This document shows, piece by piece, positions 1-12,912 of a stretch of DNA of 64,000 bases. The position numbers and the translations under genes were made by a program. The notes below the pieces were generated by a model. That model was not told the origin of the DNA and ran no database searches. It saw only the letters and a program-made list of their open reading frames with translations. Source of the DNA: Callorhinchus milii (lineage: Eukaryota); the NCBI RefSeq assembly GCF_018977255.1, contig NW_024704761.1, positions 8,370,001 to 8,434,000 on the forward strand, read 5' to 3'. Each line of letters begins with the position of its first letter. Position 1 is the first letter of the stretch.

Positions 1-422
1 ACAGCTTACACCCAAAAATTTCAGAATTGTATACATATGGTCTCAGCACTGATCCCACTTACCTTGAGAGCTCAAAAGTCAGAGCCTATCACCACTGAGA
101 CATATTTTACAAATCACTATCGGAGCAACATCATCTTGTTGCAATTACTTAAATGTCAAGACCTATAAATGTATTTGCTAATCTAGTGCAAATACATACA
201 ATTAAAGAAACATTGCCTATCCTTCGCACACTAAGTCACTGCTCTTCAACAATTCTACTTCGCTTCATGGTCATGCCCCCTGAATAAAAGGGGAGGCAAC
301 AGCATATTAAGACTGTTGGTGAAGCAATACTACCACAGAATCTATAACAGATGGAAGTCCAACCGAACACCAGCCCATCAAACATAGGAGCCCCACAACT
401 ACTTGCGACCTAACTACTGTTA

Positions 423-764
<342 letters not shown>

Positions 765-779
765 TTACATTTATCGTGC

Positions 780-893
780 TGCATTTCATCCACAAAATAC
801 AGTCAATCCACTTTACAGTATATCCTGTGAAGCGCTTTGAGACATGTCGAAGATGTAATCAGGCGCTATATCAAATGCAAGGATTATTATTAT
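780..893 (+). mobile_element. SINE 3' fragment
   Basis: CAGTCAATCCACTTTACAG..TGTGAAGCGCTTTGAGAC..GCTATATCAAATGCAAGGATTATT. Similar copies near 20745, 28440, 29490, 34140, 35120, 40130, 41125, 43500, 46610, 49300, 52840, 54870, 60435, 61150, 61440, 62955 (+) and 2875, 42140, 43830, 45535, 48040, 48800, 49515, 53625 (-). Confidence 0.85.
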
Positions 894-1593
894 ATCTTTC
901 TATATTCTAATATCACCTTTCTAAGTCAGATTCTGACATCACTACTGATGTGTATGGAACAACAGCCAAAACATTCCTCTTTGAAACAATATCCTTGTAT
1001 ATTTTGTTCTCATTTTGTACAATAATAATCACTCTAAACAGATCTTGCAACAAAAAGCACAGAGGCAACCTGAGATAATTGGCCCTTTTATTAAGACACC
1101 TGTACGTTTCAACAAACTTTTCTTTATTCTTTTTCGTAAAGAAATCAGGAAACCGGGAAGGATATTCTTTTGAATTGTTTCCACTTTCATGGTTCAATCT
1201 TTTTCTTCTCAACACAATCCTATGCAAGTTTTCCCCCCTTTTGCGTGTTGCAAAAGTGAATAGAAACTGTATGAAAAAGACAAAAGACGGCCTGCCACTT
1301 CGTCCATTAAAAAAAAGACCAACAGCACAGTAGGCCGATGAACATGCTCCACAAGGATCCCCTACCTGACATCGGCAGAGCACATCCACTTCACTTCCAG
1401 CTGGATGAAATGTCAATCTCCAGGGCTCTAGAAGAGCCCTCAACTAAGGATTATTCTGTAACAGTAGAGATATAGAACACAAAGGCTGCAGGATACAGAG
1501 GTGGCAAGAGCTTCACACTGCTAGTTTGCTCCCTGGCAGCACTGTTCTCTTTTAACGAGTAGCCACAGAGGTTTATCGCTTAAGTGCTGTTAC

Positions 1594-1982
1594 CTGTATG
1601 GAGGCCTGCGCTTCTCCCCTGCAAACTGGAATAAATCATCTGTGAAAAACCTTGGCACTTCATAATCCTCCAAAAGTTTGCTTCTTTTAGGATGTTCCCC
1701 ATAACTGCTGTCAAAAATGTACAGAGGACTATCATCCTTTGATGTTTCCATGTAGTCAGCATAATACTTCATCTTCATTTTCACTGAGTAGCCATCGTTA
1801 TCTTCCCCACACTTGAACTTTTGATTTCGGTACTTGCGTTTCAATCGTTCTAGGGTCCACTTTTCTTGTGCTGCCCAGCCACACTGAGCATTGAGCAGCA
1901 CGACAGGTTTGTACGGCTTCTCATACTTCTCAATAAATTCTTCAACAGAGAGGTGGAGGGTGTCCGCCCTCTCTACGTTGTC
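1594..1982 (-). CDS. JMJD6: JMJD6 exon 2
   Basis: DNVERAD...[34 protein letters not shown]...RRPPYR; AG/GT boundaries; 389 nt; phase matches both neighbours. Confidence 0.97.
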
Positions 1983-3279
1983 CTTCAGCAAAAGAAAAAT
2001 ATGTTCATAGTAAGATGACGGTATGCTTCTGAAGCTACGGCAATTAGGAAATGCAATTTCACTACATTATTTCAGCTTTATGCATAACTGGAACAATTTT
2101 TCAAACATCTCCCAGCTTCCCCTTCCTCAAGGGCTTGGCATATTTATCAGTGACAAAGCTGCAGTGATTAAAAAGTCCTCGGTTTCATCTCTGATCTGTG
2201 CCTCATCAACTCATCTCAGGCAGGCTCAGGCAGCAGGGTACAATTGGCCTCAGCACTCTGGTTTAGCGAGGCGAAAAGTCGATAAGGGTTCTCATTTCTA
2301 ATTACTATATGAATATGGCAAAAAGTCAGAATTTACATTAGCCAAATTTATCACTAAATGAAGGCAGCAATCGCAGGTTGTGTAATCTTTCATAAAGGAA
2401 AAATTATAAAACTACTTCTCACAAGATGCCAGGCAACTGAAGCAAGTTGAATCAGGTCAGATCAAACTCCCCAACCTTTTTTGAATGTTTTTAATGTTTC
2501 TTTATACAATATTTGCAACACAAATTAGTACCAATCAAGAGTTACCCACTGAGTATAATATATCAGTTTCTTGCACAGAATTGAAGACCCATAACAGATC
2601 AATCGTATGGTAGATACAGTAATACCTCAAACAATCTCAGGTCACATTTTCTGTAAGGGATGTCAAAGTAAGTCCAACTCTTCTAATTTAGCTGTTTATC
2701 TTTTTTGAAAAATAGGTTCATAATTATGAAAGGACCAGTTGAAAATTTATGACTGTATGGTATCAAGCAGTTTAATCCAATATATTTTGCACAAATCATA
2801 ATTTCATTTGAAGCGTGACTGCAAAGGTCACATCGGTATCTAACACAACCTAATAAGCATGTATTTATCTAATAATAAACTTTGCATTTGATATAGCATG
2901 TTATGACATAAAAAACTTCACAAGATTTACTGTAAAGTGCAGTGACTGGATTTGTAGTCACTACACTTTGTGTAAGCGACAACCAATTTGTGTACAGCAA
3001 AATCCCTCAAACAGATGGACAAGATCTCAGTTTAACATCTCAGCTTCTTGTCTCTCCAGTCTTCTCCTACCTCATTTCTCCGCTCAACTAACTTGGGCTT
3101 GCTGTGTGCCCCCTCTATACCACCACCAGTGGCCAAGCCTTCAGTTCCTACACCCTCCCCTGACCACTCCATCTCACTCTCTCTTTTTCTGTCTTTTATA
3201 TCCAATCTCAAATTTTTTAGCACATCTGCGACCCTACAACTTCGGAACTGAGCCAGACTGACACTCCATGGATGAGGTG

Positions 3280-3680
3280 TCAAACAGTAGTGAATGTCAC
3301 AGAACGGATCAATTTCAAGATCTTCACTCTTGTACTTAAATGCGTTCAGACCCTGGCACCCCCATGCCATCTCTCCAACTTGCTCTCTTCCTGCACTAAT
3401 ACCCTCTGCCTCCGCTTGACTGGCTCTGGCCTCCTCCTTGTCCCCGGACCCTCCACCCCACCATCGGCAGCTGTGATTTCAGCCGCTACACCCCAAAGCT
3501 CTGGAACTCTCTCCATCAATCCCTTTATCTTGACCGCACTCTTCGCATTTTCAGGTCACGCTTGAAGCCTGACCGTGCCTACGGTCACCTCCCCCTCCCC
3601 CAGCATCAGGCTCCACTACTGTTAAGCGTTCCAACACGCCATTTGGTGGAAAGGACTATATATAAATGTAAGTTGTTGAA
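3280..3680 (+). mobile_element. L2 LINE 3' fragment
   Basis: ERINFKIFTLVLKC-like end of an L2 RT, pyrimidine-rich 3'UTR, tail TATATAAATGTAAGTTGTTG. Confidence 0.75.
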
Positions 3681-4503
3681 TTGAAGACTTGCTAATGACA
3701 ACAACAAAATTACATCTGTAAAGCACCTTTCACCCCAAGGCGCTGAATAGTCAGGGATCAGGATCAGTGCCTTGACTGCCATTTGATCTGTGCCAAAACC
3801 TCATGTGCGAAAACACACACAGGAATGGAAGGTGTCTCTTTACAGTGAAAGTGCACATCTCTGCAGTAAATCTTAAAGCAAGAGAGCGGGCGATGCCCGG
3901 GAGAGAAGCCCTTGGGGAGGAGGGAGAGGGCGGAAATGGAACCGTGCGAACATACACACTGTTTATATATTGATATATATATATATCAATGACGCATATA
4001 AAACAAATCAGGGGAATTCTGCAAGGAGGTCAGATGCCATTTCCTGGGAGATAAGGCACAACCAGAGCCACTTACTTGCTCACAGAGGTGGGTGGGCCAG
4101 AGTCTCTGAGGGTGCAACTCCACTCTGGATGGAGTGTGATCTTTGCCCCCTTGGACAAGCGAGAGGGGCTGAACATTCCCCCCCCCCGACACACACCCCA
4201 CAAGTGTGCCCCAATCCCGTCCCATAAGGTACTCGAAGGGCCGTCGCCCATGAGGATGGGTGAGGTGTGTGTGTGTGGTGACCATCCTCATGCGGCCTCA
4301 TACCTTCCCACCCCCCCCCACCACCACCCCTTCCGTTTCGGTGTAACCTCGCGGCCGGTGTGTGGGGGGGGGGGGACACACACGTGTGTGTGTACGTGCG
4401 GCTCGGCGCGTTGCCTGTGTGTGTGTGTGTGTGAAGCCTCCCCTCTCTCTCCTCCCCCCACCCCTCCCTCATACACACAGCGGGCGCCGCAGCCTCCTTT
4501 TAC

Positions 4504-4632
4504 CTTCACGGTGCTGTGGGCCAAAGGGTAAGTCTCCGAGTAGTTGTGCTTGGTCCAGTCGTAGGAATCCTTCAGCTCGGGGCGGGCGCTGCGCTTGGCC
4601 TCCCTGATGCGCTTCTTGGCCTTGTGATTCAT
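4504..4632 (-). CDS. JMJD6: JMJD6 exon 1 (start codon)
   Basis: ATG at 4632, [31 protein letters not shown]...TVK, then AAG|GTAAAA donor; 129 nt. Confidence 0.96.
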
Positions 4633-4639
4633 TCCCTTC

Positions 4640-5205
4640 CCCCCGGGGTCGGGTCGGGTCCTGTCAGGCTCTCGCCCCTCACAAACCCCTTGAAAACGGC
4701 CCCCTTTTCCCCCCTCCTCCCTTCCTTCCCTCCCTCCCTCCTCTCTCTCACTCTCCTCCCTCGTCCTCCTCCTCCGCTTCTTCTTCACCACGTCCTTCGC
4801 CGCCGCCACATGAGCCTCAGACAACCCTTTCCTTCTCGGAGGCTCGGCCCTTCCAGAAGTTTCACGCCGCTCGCGCCCTCCCTTCCTCGCGCCCGTCAAT
4901 CAACCCTCCCCCCCCCCCCACACACGCCGAGCGACGGAAGTCCCGCCCTTTCCGCACGTCGTGCGGCCTGATTGGGCGCGTTCCTGCCAATCATCTGGTT
5001 TCGTGCACGCCTTGCTCCACCCACCCACCTAATTGGATCGGTGCGGCCCGTGATTGGTCGCTGCCCCAGTCCATCAACGTGACGGTGGAGCGAGAGCGCG
5101 CGGGAAGGCAGGGTATCGCGCGCCTCTCCCATTGGTTCGCCCCGTCGCGGCCAACTGTCACTCACTACGTCATCCGACGCCGCCGGGGGTGGGGGAGGAG
5201 AGGAG
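4640..5205. promoter_or_regulatory. CpG-island bidirectional promoter JMJD6/METTL23
   Basis: Head-to-head ATGs 574 bp apart; high GC and CpG; ETS CGGAAGT near 4935, GC box, at least five CCAAT/ATTGG boxes between 4969 and 5135. Confidence 0.85.
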
Positions 5206-5295
5206 ATGAGCGCGCGGAGCGGCACGAAGCGGTTCGCATTCGTCCGTCAGGAGCCGAGCGGCGGCCGTGAGGTGCTGGAGGTCGCCGTTGCCGAG
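5206..5295 (+). CDS. METTL23: METTL23 putative exon 1
   Basis: ATG 5206, MSARSGTKRFAFVRQEPSGGREVLEVAVAE; phase 0 joins VLDPQYG of the next exon; donor GAG|GTCTAC is weak. Confidence 0.7.
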
Positions 5296-7679
5296 GTCTA
5301 CATGATTTTCTCCCCTTCCTCATGTTGGGAGAGGTTCGATGGTGCACAGAGCTTACGGGGGGATAGAAACATACGTGTCTTCGGCTCCTCTCTCGACTCT
5401 CTACCCCCTCCCTCCCCTCCCCCAATCCTCGGGTCCCAACTGTCCAGCGCCTTGGGACGTCCTCCCGACGTGAAAGGCGCTCTGTAAACGAAATCTGGTG
5501 GTTGTGGTTGTTGATGAGGAGGCCATTCAGCCCCTCGAGCCTGTTCCGTCACCAGCCGGGCCTTGCGCTCGGAACGCGGGGCCTTCCCGCGCCTTCGAGA
5601 CGCCTCAAGGCGCTCCGCGCGCGAGTGAACCGGCCGCACCTCTTTGCGGGCGAAGCGTCCCGCGTCCCAGCCCCGGGGCCTCGTCCGAACGGTTCCGTCG
5701 GGCGAGTTCCGACGAAGGGCCGTGGACCCGAAACGCTGACTCGCTTTCCCTTCTCCGTAGACGCTGCCCGACCGGCTGACCGTTCCCAGCGCTCTCCCTC
5801 CCTCTCTCGCCCCCCATCTTTGTTTCAGGTTCCAGCGTCCGCAGCCTTTTGCGTTTCGATACTGTAAAGTGGATTGAGTGCGTATTTTGCGAGAGGAACC
5901 TCGTGCGCGCACAGCACAGCAAGGGCCGACACAGCCGTGGAGAGGGGGAGGAGGGGGACCCAATTGAATTTGGGGGATTGTTGGCCAGGGGGTAGGACCT
6001 GAGCAGGCAGACAGGACATCGCATCCGAAGGTGGCACCTCCAACAATGCCACACCCTCCAACCCTCACCTGGTCGGGCAGTTGAGTCTCATTCAAGTGAA
6101 CAGTCACTGGACTTCACGGGAAACTCCCGTGAAACGTTCTGAGGCGCTCTGCCGTCGTGCAAGGACTGTTAATCAAGGACTCAAAGAAATCACGCCTTGC
6201 AAGCTTCTCCGCTTTAAAGAGGAATTTAAGATTTATGTTAGAATGTATTTAATTTTAAAAGCAATCTAAAACGATTGCCATCTCTTATGGGAAAAAACCT
6301 GGCAGGTTTGCTTTCAGTACAATACAAATCAAGATGGCTACATCCATGTATACCTAAACTAGAAGCAGGTGCAGCTTTAGATTAAAAGTTGCCCTTTGAC
6401 ATTAAGGGGAAGTATAAGGAATGTTGATCATAATATATTCAGCAATCAATGGGAACAAATATCATTCAAAAGATTAATCATTAGCTGTTCAAGCTGTTCT
6501 CTAGGAAAACGCACAGAAGACTTTTTTTAAAAAAAACTAATAAAACCCACAAAGGGAAAAGTCAAGAGCAAAGGTGTTAGCCACCTGTTGATTAAACAGC
6601 GTGAGGCACAAAGTGAACCAAATATTGTATGTTGGTGGCAAATGAGTTCAGATTCAAGTCATACTGAAGCTGTACAACATTCTAGTCAGGGAATACTATG
6701 TGCCGTTCTCATTACTGTGGCAACTAGGAGCAGTCCACCCCCACAAGTAATGATGGTTTCACTATCAGTAAAATGATGTTTTACTCTGGGGTAAAATTCA
6801 TTCATCTCTAGGGGATTTATTGTTTAGCTGTTTGAGTTTGCCTGGAACCCATTTCATTAATGCCAGTCTCGGAGCTCAAATGACGTATTGGATGTTGGAT
6901 GTTATTTTTAGTGTACTTCTGTCTGCTGTTAGGTCCTTTTTTTGGTGCTTTGTTGGCCATCCTAATTTAAAAGTGTTCTACTGGATCCCAGTGATCATCT
7001 TTTCCCACTCGTAGCCTTTTTTTCCCCTCCTTTCAGGATGTAGTGCAGAATATTGCATCAAATCTAAATTGCAAGACAGGTTGTTTTAAAAACAAAAAGT
7101 CTGTATCAACAACAACTTGCACTTATATTGTGCCCTCCACACAGGGTAGAACCTCAGAATGCTTCACAGTGGTTGAGCCTGGCTCCGAGCCAGCGGGAAG
7201 TGATTGTAAGCACGGTTGAAAAGGCAGGTTTTCAGGCGGGACTTGAAAAAGGTGAGAGAGAGGACAAGTTGGAGGGATTGAAAGAATTTTAGAGTTTGGG
7301 GTGTAGAGGCTTAATGTTTGACCTCCAATAGTGGAGTGGTGGGTATGAAGGGCAAACAGGACGGTGCTCGTCAAGCAGAAGCACCGGGTGGTGGATGAGA
7401 GCATGAGGAGGTCAGAGAGGCATTAATTAATGGAGGTCATACAGAAAACAGTCGGCCTTTTAATCAGCTTTGTCCTGTTGGGAAATTTTCATTCCACATT
7501 GCTACCCAGTGACCTCCACTAGAAAGTGTAAATGGTGGGCAAGGATGGGAGGGATCAGGAACATTTATCCTCAGAGACACTCTGTCTGGACTTCCACACG
7601 AAGAATGGCATTTTTTGGAGAGGTACTGGATCAGGAACCACAAATGGGCCAGCCTCTTCAGGAGGGGAGGTTGGGAGTT

Positions 7680-8100
7680 AGTTGTGTCAGCCGGCTCAGT
7701 GGTAGCACTCTCGCATCTAAGTCAAGATTGAGGGTTCAAATCCCACTTTGGAAATTTAAACTGATACTCCCATTGCAGCACCGGGGTGGGGGGTGCTGGC
7801 TGTTGTATTGTCGGAGGTGCCATCCTTTGGATGATACATCAGATGTCTGCCTGTGATGGACATTAAGCACCCCATGGCAGTATTCAAAGAGGAAGTAGTC
7901 TTTCCCCAGTATGGTGACCAACAATTCCCCAAATAAAATTGTTCACTTTCATGGCTGTTTGTGTTACATTGCTGGGCTGAATTGCACTGCTGTGTTTGCT
8001 TACAGATAGTCACTTCATTTCACAGTATGTTCATGTGAAGCACTTTGGGATGGCTTAACTTGAAAGACGCTTCACCAAATATTGTATATGGATTATTAAT
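7680..8100 (+). mobile_element. Older DeuSINE-type element
   Basis: GGCTCAGTGGTAGCACTCTCGC...GGGTTCAAATCCC head, GGTGCCATCCTTTGGATGA core, degenerate Deu domain and tail. Confidence 0.75.
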
Positions 8101-8222
8101 TTTCATACAATTCAGTAGAGATCATAATAGTTGTAAATTTTAATATGAAGACTATATTCATCACTAACTATTACATGTTGAGATTGGAATCAAACAGCAC
8201 TTTTCACTGCTTCCCGTTTCAG

Positions 8223-8327
8223 GTACTGGATCCTCAATATGGCATGTATGTGTGGCCATGTGCGGTGGTCCTGGCACAATACATATGGTTTTATAGAAGA
8301 GCAGTAATAGGAAAGACCGTGTTAGAG
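8223..8327 (+). CDS. METTL23: METTL23 exon 2
   Basis: tttcag acceptor; VLDPQYGMYVWPCAVVLAQYIWFYRRAVIGKTVLE; GAG|GTAACT donor. Confidence 0.95.
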
Positions 8328-8419
8328 GTAACTTTTTTAAAAAAAATGTTTCCTGCAATAAATTATTAGCTATTACAAAATATTTAATAGAAAGTTCATT
8401 CGTTCTGAGTAGGAAGTGA

Positions 8420-8433
8420 GCGCCCTCTTGTGA
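8420..8433 (-). promoter_or_regulatory. Candidate CTCF site
   Basis: TCACAAGAGGGCGC is close to the CCASYAGRKGGCRS core; motif match only. Confidence 0.4.
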
Positions 8434-9003
8434 TCAAAACCCAAAAGGCCATTTTAAGACCAAAACTTTTTGGAAATTTTAATTGACGCAAGTTATTTTT
8501 TACTTTTTAAAAATCAGATCTATTTTACATCAGTTGTTTTCTTTCCAGCCCGAATAAAATTTGCAATAAGAGCTTTTGATATTTTTTGGTTAATGTGTTT
8601 TCTATGAAAGTAATAATGGAGTAATAATGTTCATGACATTTTTCAACAACGGAATGTCATTGCTTTTACAATTTATGCTGCTTTCATTCTCAGATTTATT
8701 AACATTTTTGCTAGATTCAATTAATTTGTTTTTAGAACCAATTCTGTAAATTAGATTTTCTTCATTCCACCTAGATCATCGAATCTTACAGCACAAGAGG
8801 CCATCGGCCCACCCCAGCTCTTTAAAAGAGCTACCAACTTGTCCCACTCCCCAATCTTATCCTATAGCCCTGATAATTTCTCCTTTTTAATCACTTATCC
8901 AATTGCCTTTTGAAAGCCATTATCATATCTGCTTTCAGGTCGTGTACAAGTACAAATAGTTTAATATCATCAAGGAATAGTAATTCATGCTTTTCCCACC
9001 TAG

Positions 9004-9241
9004 ATTGGAGCAGGTGCAAGCTTACCTGGTATTGTGGCAGCAAAATGTAGAGCTAAAGTTATTTTATCAGATTGTTCTGAGCTTCAGAATTGTTTGGATA
9101 ACTGCCGCAGGAGCTGCAAGATAAATAACCTTGTAGATGTGCCTGTAATCGGAATAAGCTGGGGGCTGATATCTCCTCATCTGCTGCTACTGCCAAAAGT
9201 GGACATCATTCTGGGATCTGATGTGTTTTATCAACCCGAAG
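9004..9241 (+). CDS. METTL23: METTL23 exon 3 (SAM-binding motif)
   Basis: (LE)IGAGASLPG motif I and DIILGSDVFY motif of METTL21/23-family methyltransferases; AG/GT boundaries; 238 nt. Confidence 0.96.
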
Positions 9242-10379
9242 GTACAGATTTAAGACATCCTCTGACTATTCTTCAGTTCTGAGCATACGCAGAAATATTT
9301 GATCAGTTCAATTCTTGTACCATGGCTTAAGTGTATAGTGATACCTCTCGCAACATACAATTAATTTCAGTGAAAAGTTGATTTTTTTTTCAATACTGAT
9401 TGATTTTGCAGCAGCATCCAGAAGCCCTACTTAAACCACTTTTTCTTTTAAAATGAACAATCTGACATTTCTTTTTTATTCAAATTACCCACCTAATTTC
9501 AATCCTCTTCTAGAAATTATTTAACAATCTCACTACAAGACCAATCAGTCAGAAGTTATATACTTTTTGGAAAAAATACGCCCAAATCCCAGTTGTAACT
9601 AGAGCAAGTATAATTATAAATAGAACACTCCTTTTCATAAACCTACAAAGGACAAATGTCATGTAATTGGAGATTACAGCCACGCTGCTGATTCCCTTCA
9701 TGGGACAAACTTGATATGATCAGAATGTATATCATACCCCCTTTTGCCAAGTCTTGTAAAACCTTTCCAGTATGTGCATCAGTAAGCATTTTTTCAGTTC
9801 TCAGAATATTGTGTATTGAACAAGAGCCCAATTATAATTTTCAACAGATAACACCCCAAGCTTCTCCCAAGGAAAGGCTATATTTTCAGGCTGCATAAAT
9901 GCACCATACTGATTTGGCTTACCAAGCCAACAGATGATTTCTACAAATATCAACTGGTGGAAATGTTTTATGGAGGTGAAGATTTACTCACTTATATTGC
10001 TCCTCAAATTTTTTTCCCCCAAAAAGGGTTCTCTGCAACTACTATGGTACGTGTTTTGTGAGGCATCTACCCTTGTTAACATTATTGCAGACAAGATCCT
10101 GGTGTAACGTCCTCTGTACAAACGATTCTAGACACTGAAGAGCTGGAATGATATATTTTCCATGTGAATTTAGAGTGTCATTCTTTAATCTAAAAATTCA
10201 GTTAAGAATGGGCTTTTGTCCACTAAGCCAACCCATCGAAATATGAACAAGATTCCTTTAATGCATCAATAGGTTTCTATACAACCGTCAAAAATAATTG
10301 CTCAAAATGCATATGTAAGAAAACATGAACTTAGAAGGAAAATTCTTAAGTTGTCTATTCAATCTCTTGATCTCTCTAG

Positions 10380-10464
10380 ATTTCGAAGCTGTGTTGACAA
10401 CGGTTTTCTACCTCATGCAAAAAAATCCAAATGCTGTGTTTTGGACCACATATCAGGAACGCAG
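10380..10464 (+). CDS. METTL23: METTL23 exon 4 (GC donor)
   Basis: ctctag acceptor; DFEAVLTTVFYLMQKNPNAVFWTTYQER; 85 nt ending AG|GCGAGT. Confidence 0.92.
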
Positions 10465-11660
10465 GCGAGTTTTTTTTTAATTGCTGCAGCAGTAGGTCTG
10501 TATTTGAACTATTTTGTTTTTCATATTATATTTAAAACGAAGGTGATTATGGCCAGATGATCTTATAAAATGCCATTGTTTTAAGTGAACTTTGCTTGGA
10601 GCAGTGAGTCCTCTTCTGCAATAGTAGAACAAACAAACTACATTTATAGAGTGCCTTTCACATCGGAAGGACGTCCCAAGGCACTGAATACTGGATTTCA
10701 AATTAGGGGAACAGTTTAAATCCACCTCAACTGGAAATTTCACTCAAGTTGCTGTTATTTGGATGCAGATTTCAGCAGTCCCAGTTAGAACAATCTATCT
10801 AAAGGATAAAACTGCCTTTGGTGGGGCTTGGTCACCAGTCCAACCCTTGATGGGTCAATTGAGCAGCAAAAATGCAGTTTAGAAAAAGGAACTCAAGGTC
10901 AAACACCTGTCCTAACAGGTTCATGAGAAATTAAATGCGTACATTATAATGCATGATGTAATATGCTCAGTGGCCGATTTAAAACTTCATTTAACTAACA
11001 CATGTTGCAGACGTATCTCCCATAAAGATCTAATAGTCTGGTATTACTTTTTCACATCACAACCATGATAACCCTAACACATATGTTAATAAGGTTGTTT
11101 GGGTTTCAAAATTGTATTTTAGTTAAAAGAGATATTGCCTTAATATTTCTTATGGAGAATAAAATTCATCTGGAGCTACCAAAATGGAAAAGCTCTAGAC
11201 CAGGAGTAAAAGATGGAAAAGCACTTCTCCATCTTAAAAATACATTACTAGATATGAAATGTAGTATCATGTTAAAATGAATTTCCCAAGATGAATTAGA
11301 TGTTAAGAGCCCAGGAGAGATAGGACTTCAGAAGAGACATTGAACCATTGTGTTATCTATTGTAAGGGCAATTTTACCTCGGTTGGCCATGTATACATTA
11401 AATTATTGTGGAAGATAAATTGGAAACTTTGGTCCATTGATTCTTTTCTAGTTCATTATTTTCACACACACTGGGGCTGGATATCCTGTTCCAGGACTAA
11501 GCCAATAACAACCCTTACTAATTGGACAATGCTGCAATATCCCTTTACAAATCTGAGAATAGTTATACATTCATCTTGAACTATATTAAAAATCTTAATT
11601 ATTTTGTAAGAATTGTTATTTTTTACATATTTATTGCTTCTTATAAATTGTCTCTTTTAG

Positions 11661-11829
11661 TGCGGATTGGTCAATTGAAGCATTGCTGCACAAGTGGAAT
11701 TTGAAATGCATTCACATTCCATTAAAGACATTTAATGCAAATAAAGAACATCTTGCTGGATCAAGTCTTCCTGGAAATCACACAATTCATATGATGCTCA
11801 TCAGTTTAAAGAACAAACTTCTTCCATGA
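11661..11829 (+). CDS. METTL23: METTL23 exon 5 (stop)
   Basis: cttttag acceptor; SADWSIEALLHKWNLKCIHIPL...NKLLP then TGA; AATAAA at 12002-12007. Confidence 0.94.
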
Positions 11830-12868
11830 ATGTGAAGCTGGTGCAAAACAAATGATTACGATGCTTCCCTTGTTATAGAAAATGTACTCAACATTGGTAT
11901 AAAACATGGTGATAACAGATGTAAATACCTGTATCGTACGTGATCAATTTTAAAACAATGCATTTCCAACATTACTGCCTGTATACTTAAATTTTATACA
12001 AAATAAAATACTTAGCCTTCAGCCTCTGTTCCTCATGAGATGCATATTCACTATACACCAAAGGCCCATTATAATGCAACCTTAAAGCAACTCCATACTC
12101 TGCAAACTACTTGTACAACAGAGGTAGGCTACTCTCAACACATCTGCAGCCCAAACTTTTACCAGGCCCAAACTTGACAAATACACTTAGAACGTCTTGT
12201 AAGATGCACACTGGGAGTGCAGAGGAGTGATGTTAGGAATTCAACCAGTTACAAATTGCTCCATTTACCAACAGGACCTACTTCTTGTCCAGCTGGAGTC
12301 ACACTAATTAGGGCTCCAGCTTACAGAATTAACTGGAACAGAATGAAATTCAAATAAACCCAAATCATACAAACTAGTTTTTAAACCTCTGGAACTCCAT
12401 CCCACAGTCCCTTCGCCCCCTTCAAGTCCCTCCTTTGACCGCGCTTTCAGTCATCCTCCTTCCCTCCCACCCCAGCTTGGGTCCAAAACACTAGCTGCCC
12501 AGCTCCCTGGGACATACCCCCGACATGAAAGGTGCTATACGATTTTTTTTGTTGTTGCCGTTAAAGCAGTAAAAGACTTTTCATAGACACTCTTCATCAG
12601 CTCCATTTCATACATGGTATATGAAAATATACCAACTGGAATTATGCAGCTATTTGATGGACATCTGCCTTCAACATGGTGGAAGGACCTGTGTAGGACA
12701 ACCTGACATGCCAGCCACGTTGATATTCTAGAGATCCTAAATCCAATAGTTAACAAATTTACTCAACTGCTTAATCCAGGTCAATTAGAAGCTTTGGCCG
12801 AGATATGGCTGCTGGGAAGCCAACTCCTGTATGTTGAGTCAGATTCCCATTCCCTTTGTTTTGGTATT

Positions 12869-12912
12869 GTAAAGGGTAGCAATCCCCTAAAAAGGGGATT
12901 GCTACCCTTTAC
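12869..12912. repeat. Perfect 20-bp inverted repeat, 4-nt loop
   Basis: GTAAAGGGTAGCAATCCCCT-AAAA-AGGGGATTGCTACCCTTTAC. Confidence 0.95.

Noticed and set aside
4076-6107. Long overlapping ORFs in CpG islands (also 23725-24961, 55644-56339)
   Set aside because: Stop-poor GC-rich, low-complexity sequence with no recognisable domains apart from the true first exons
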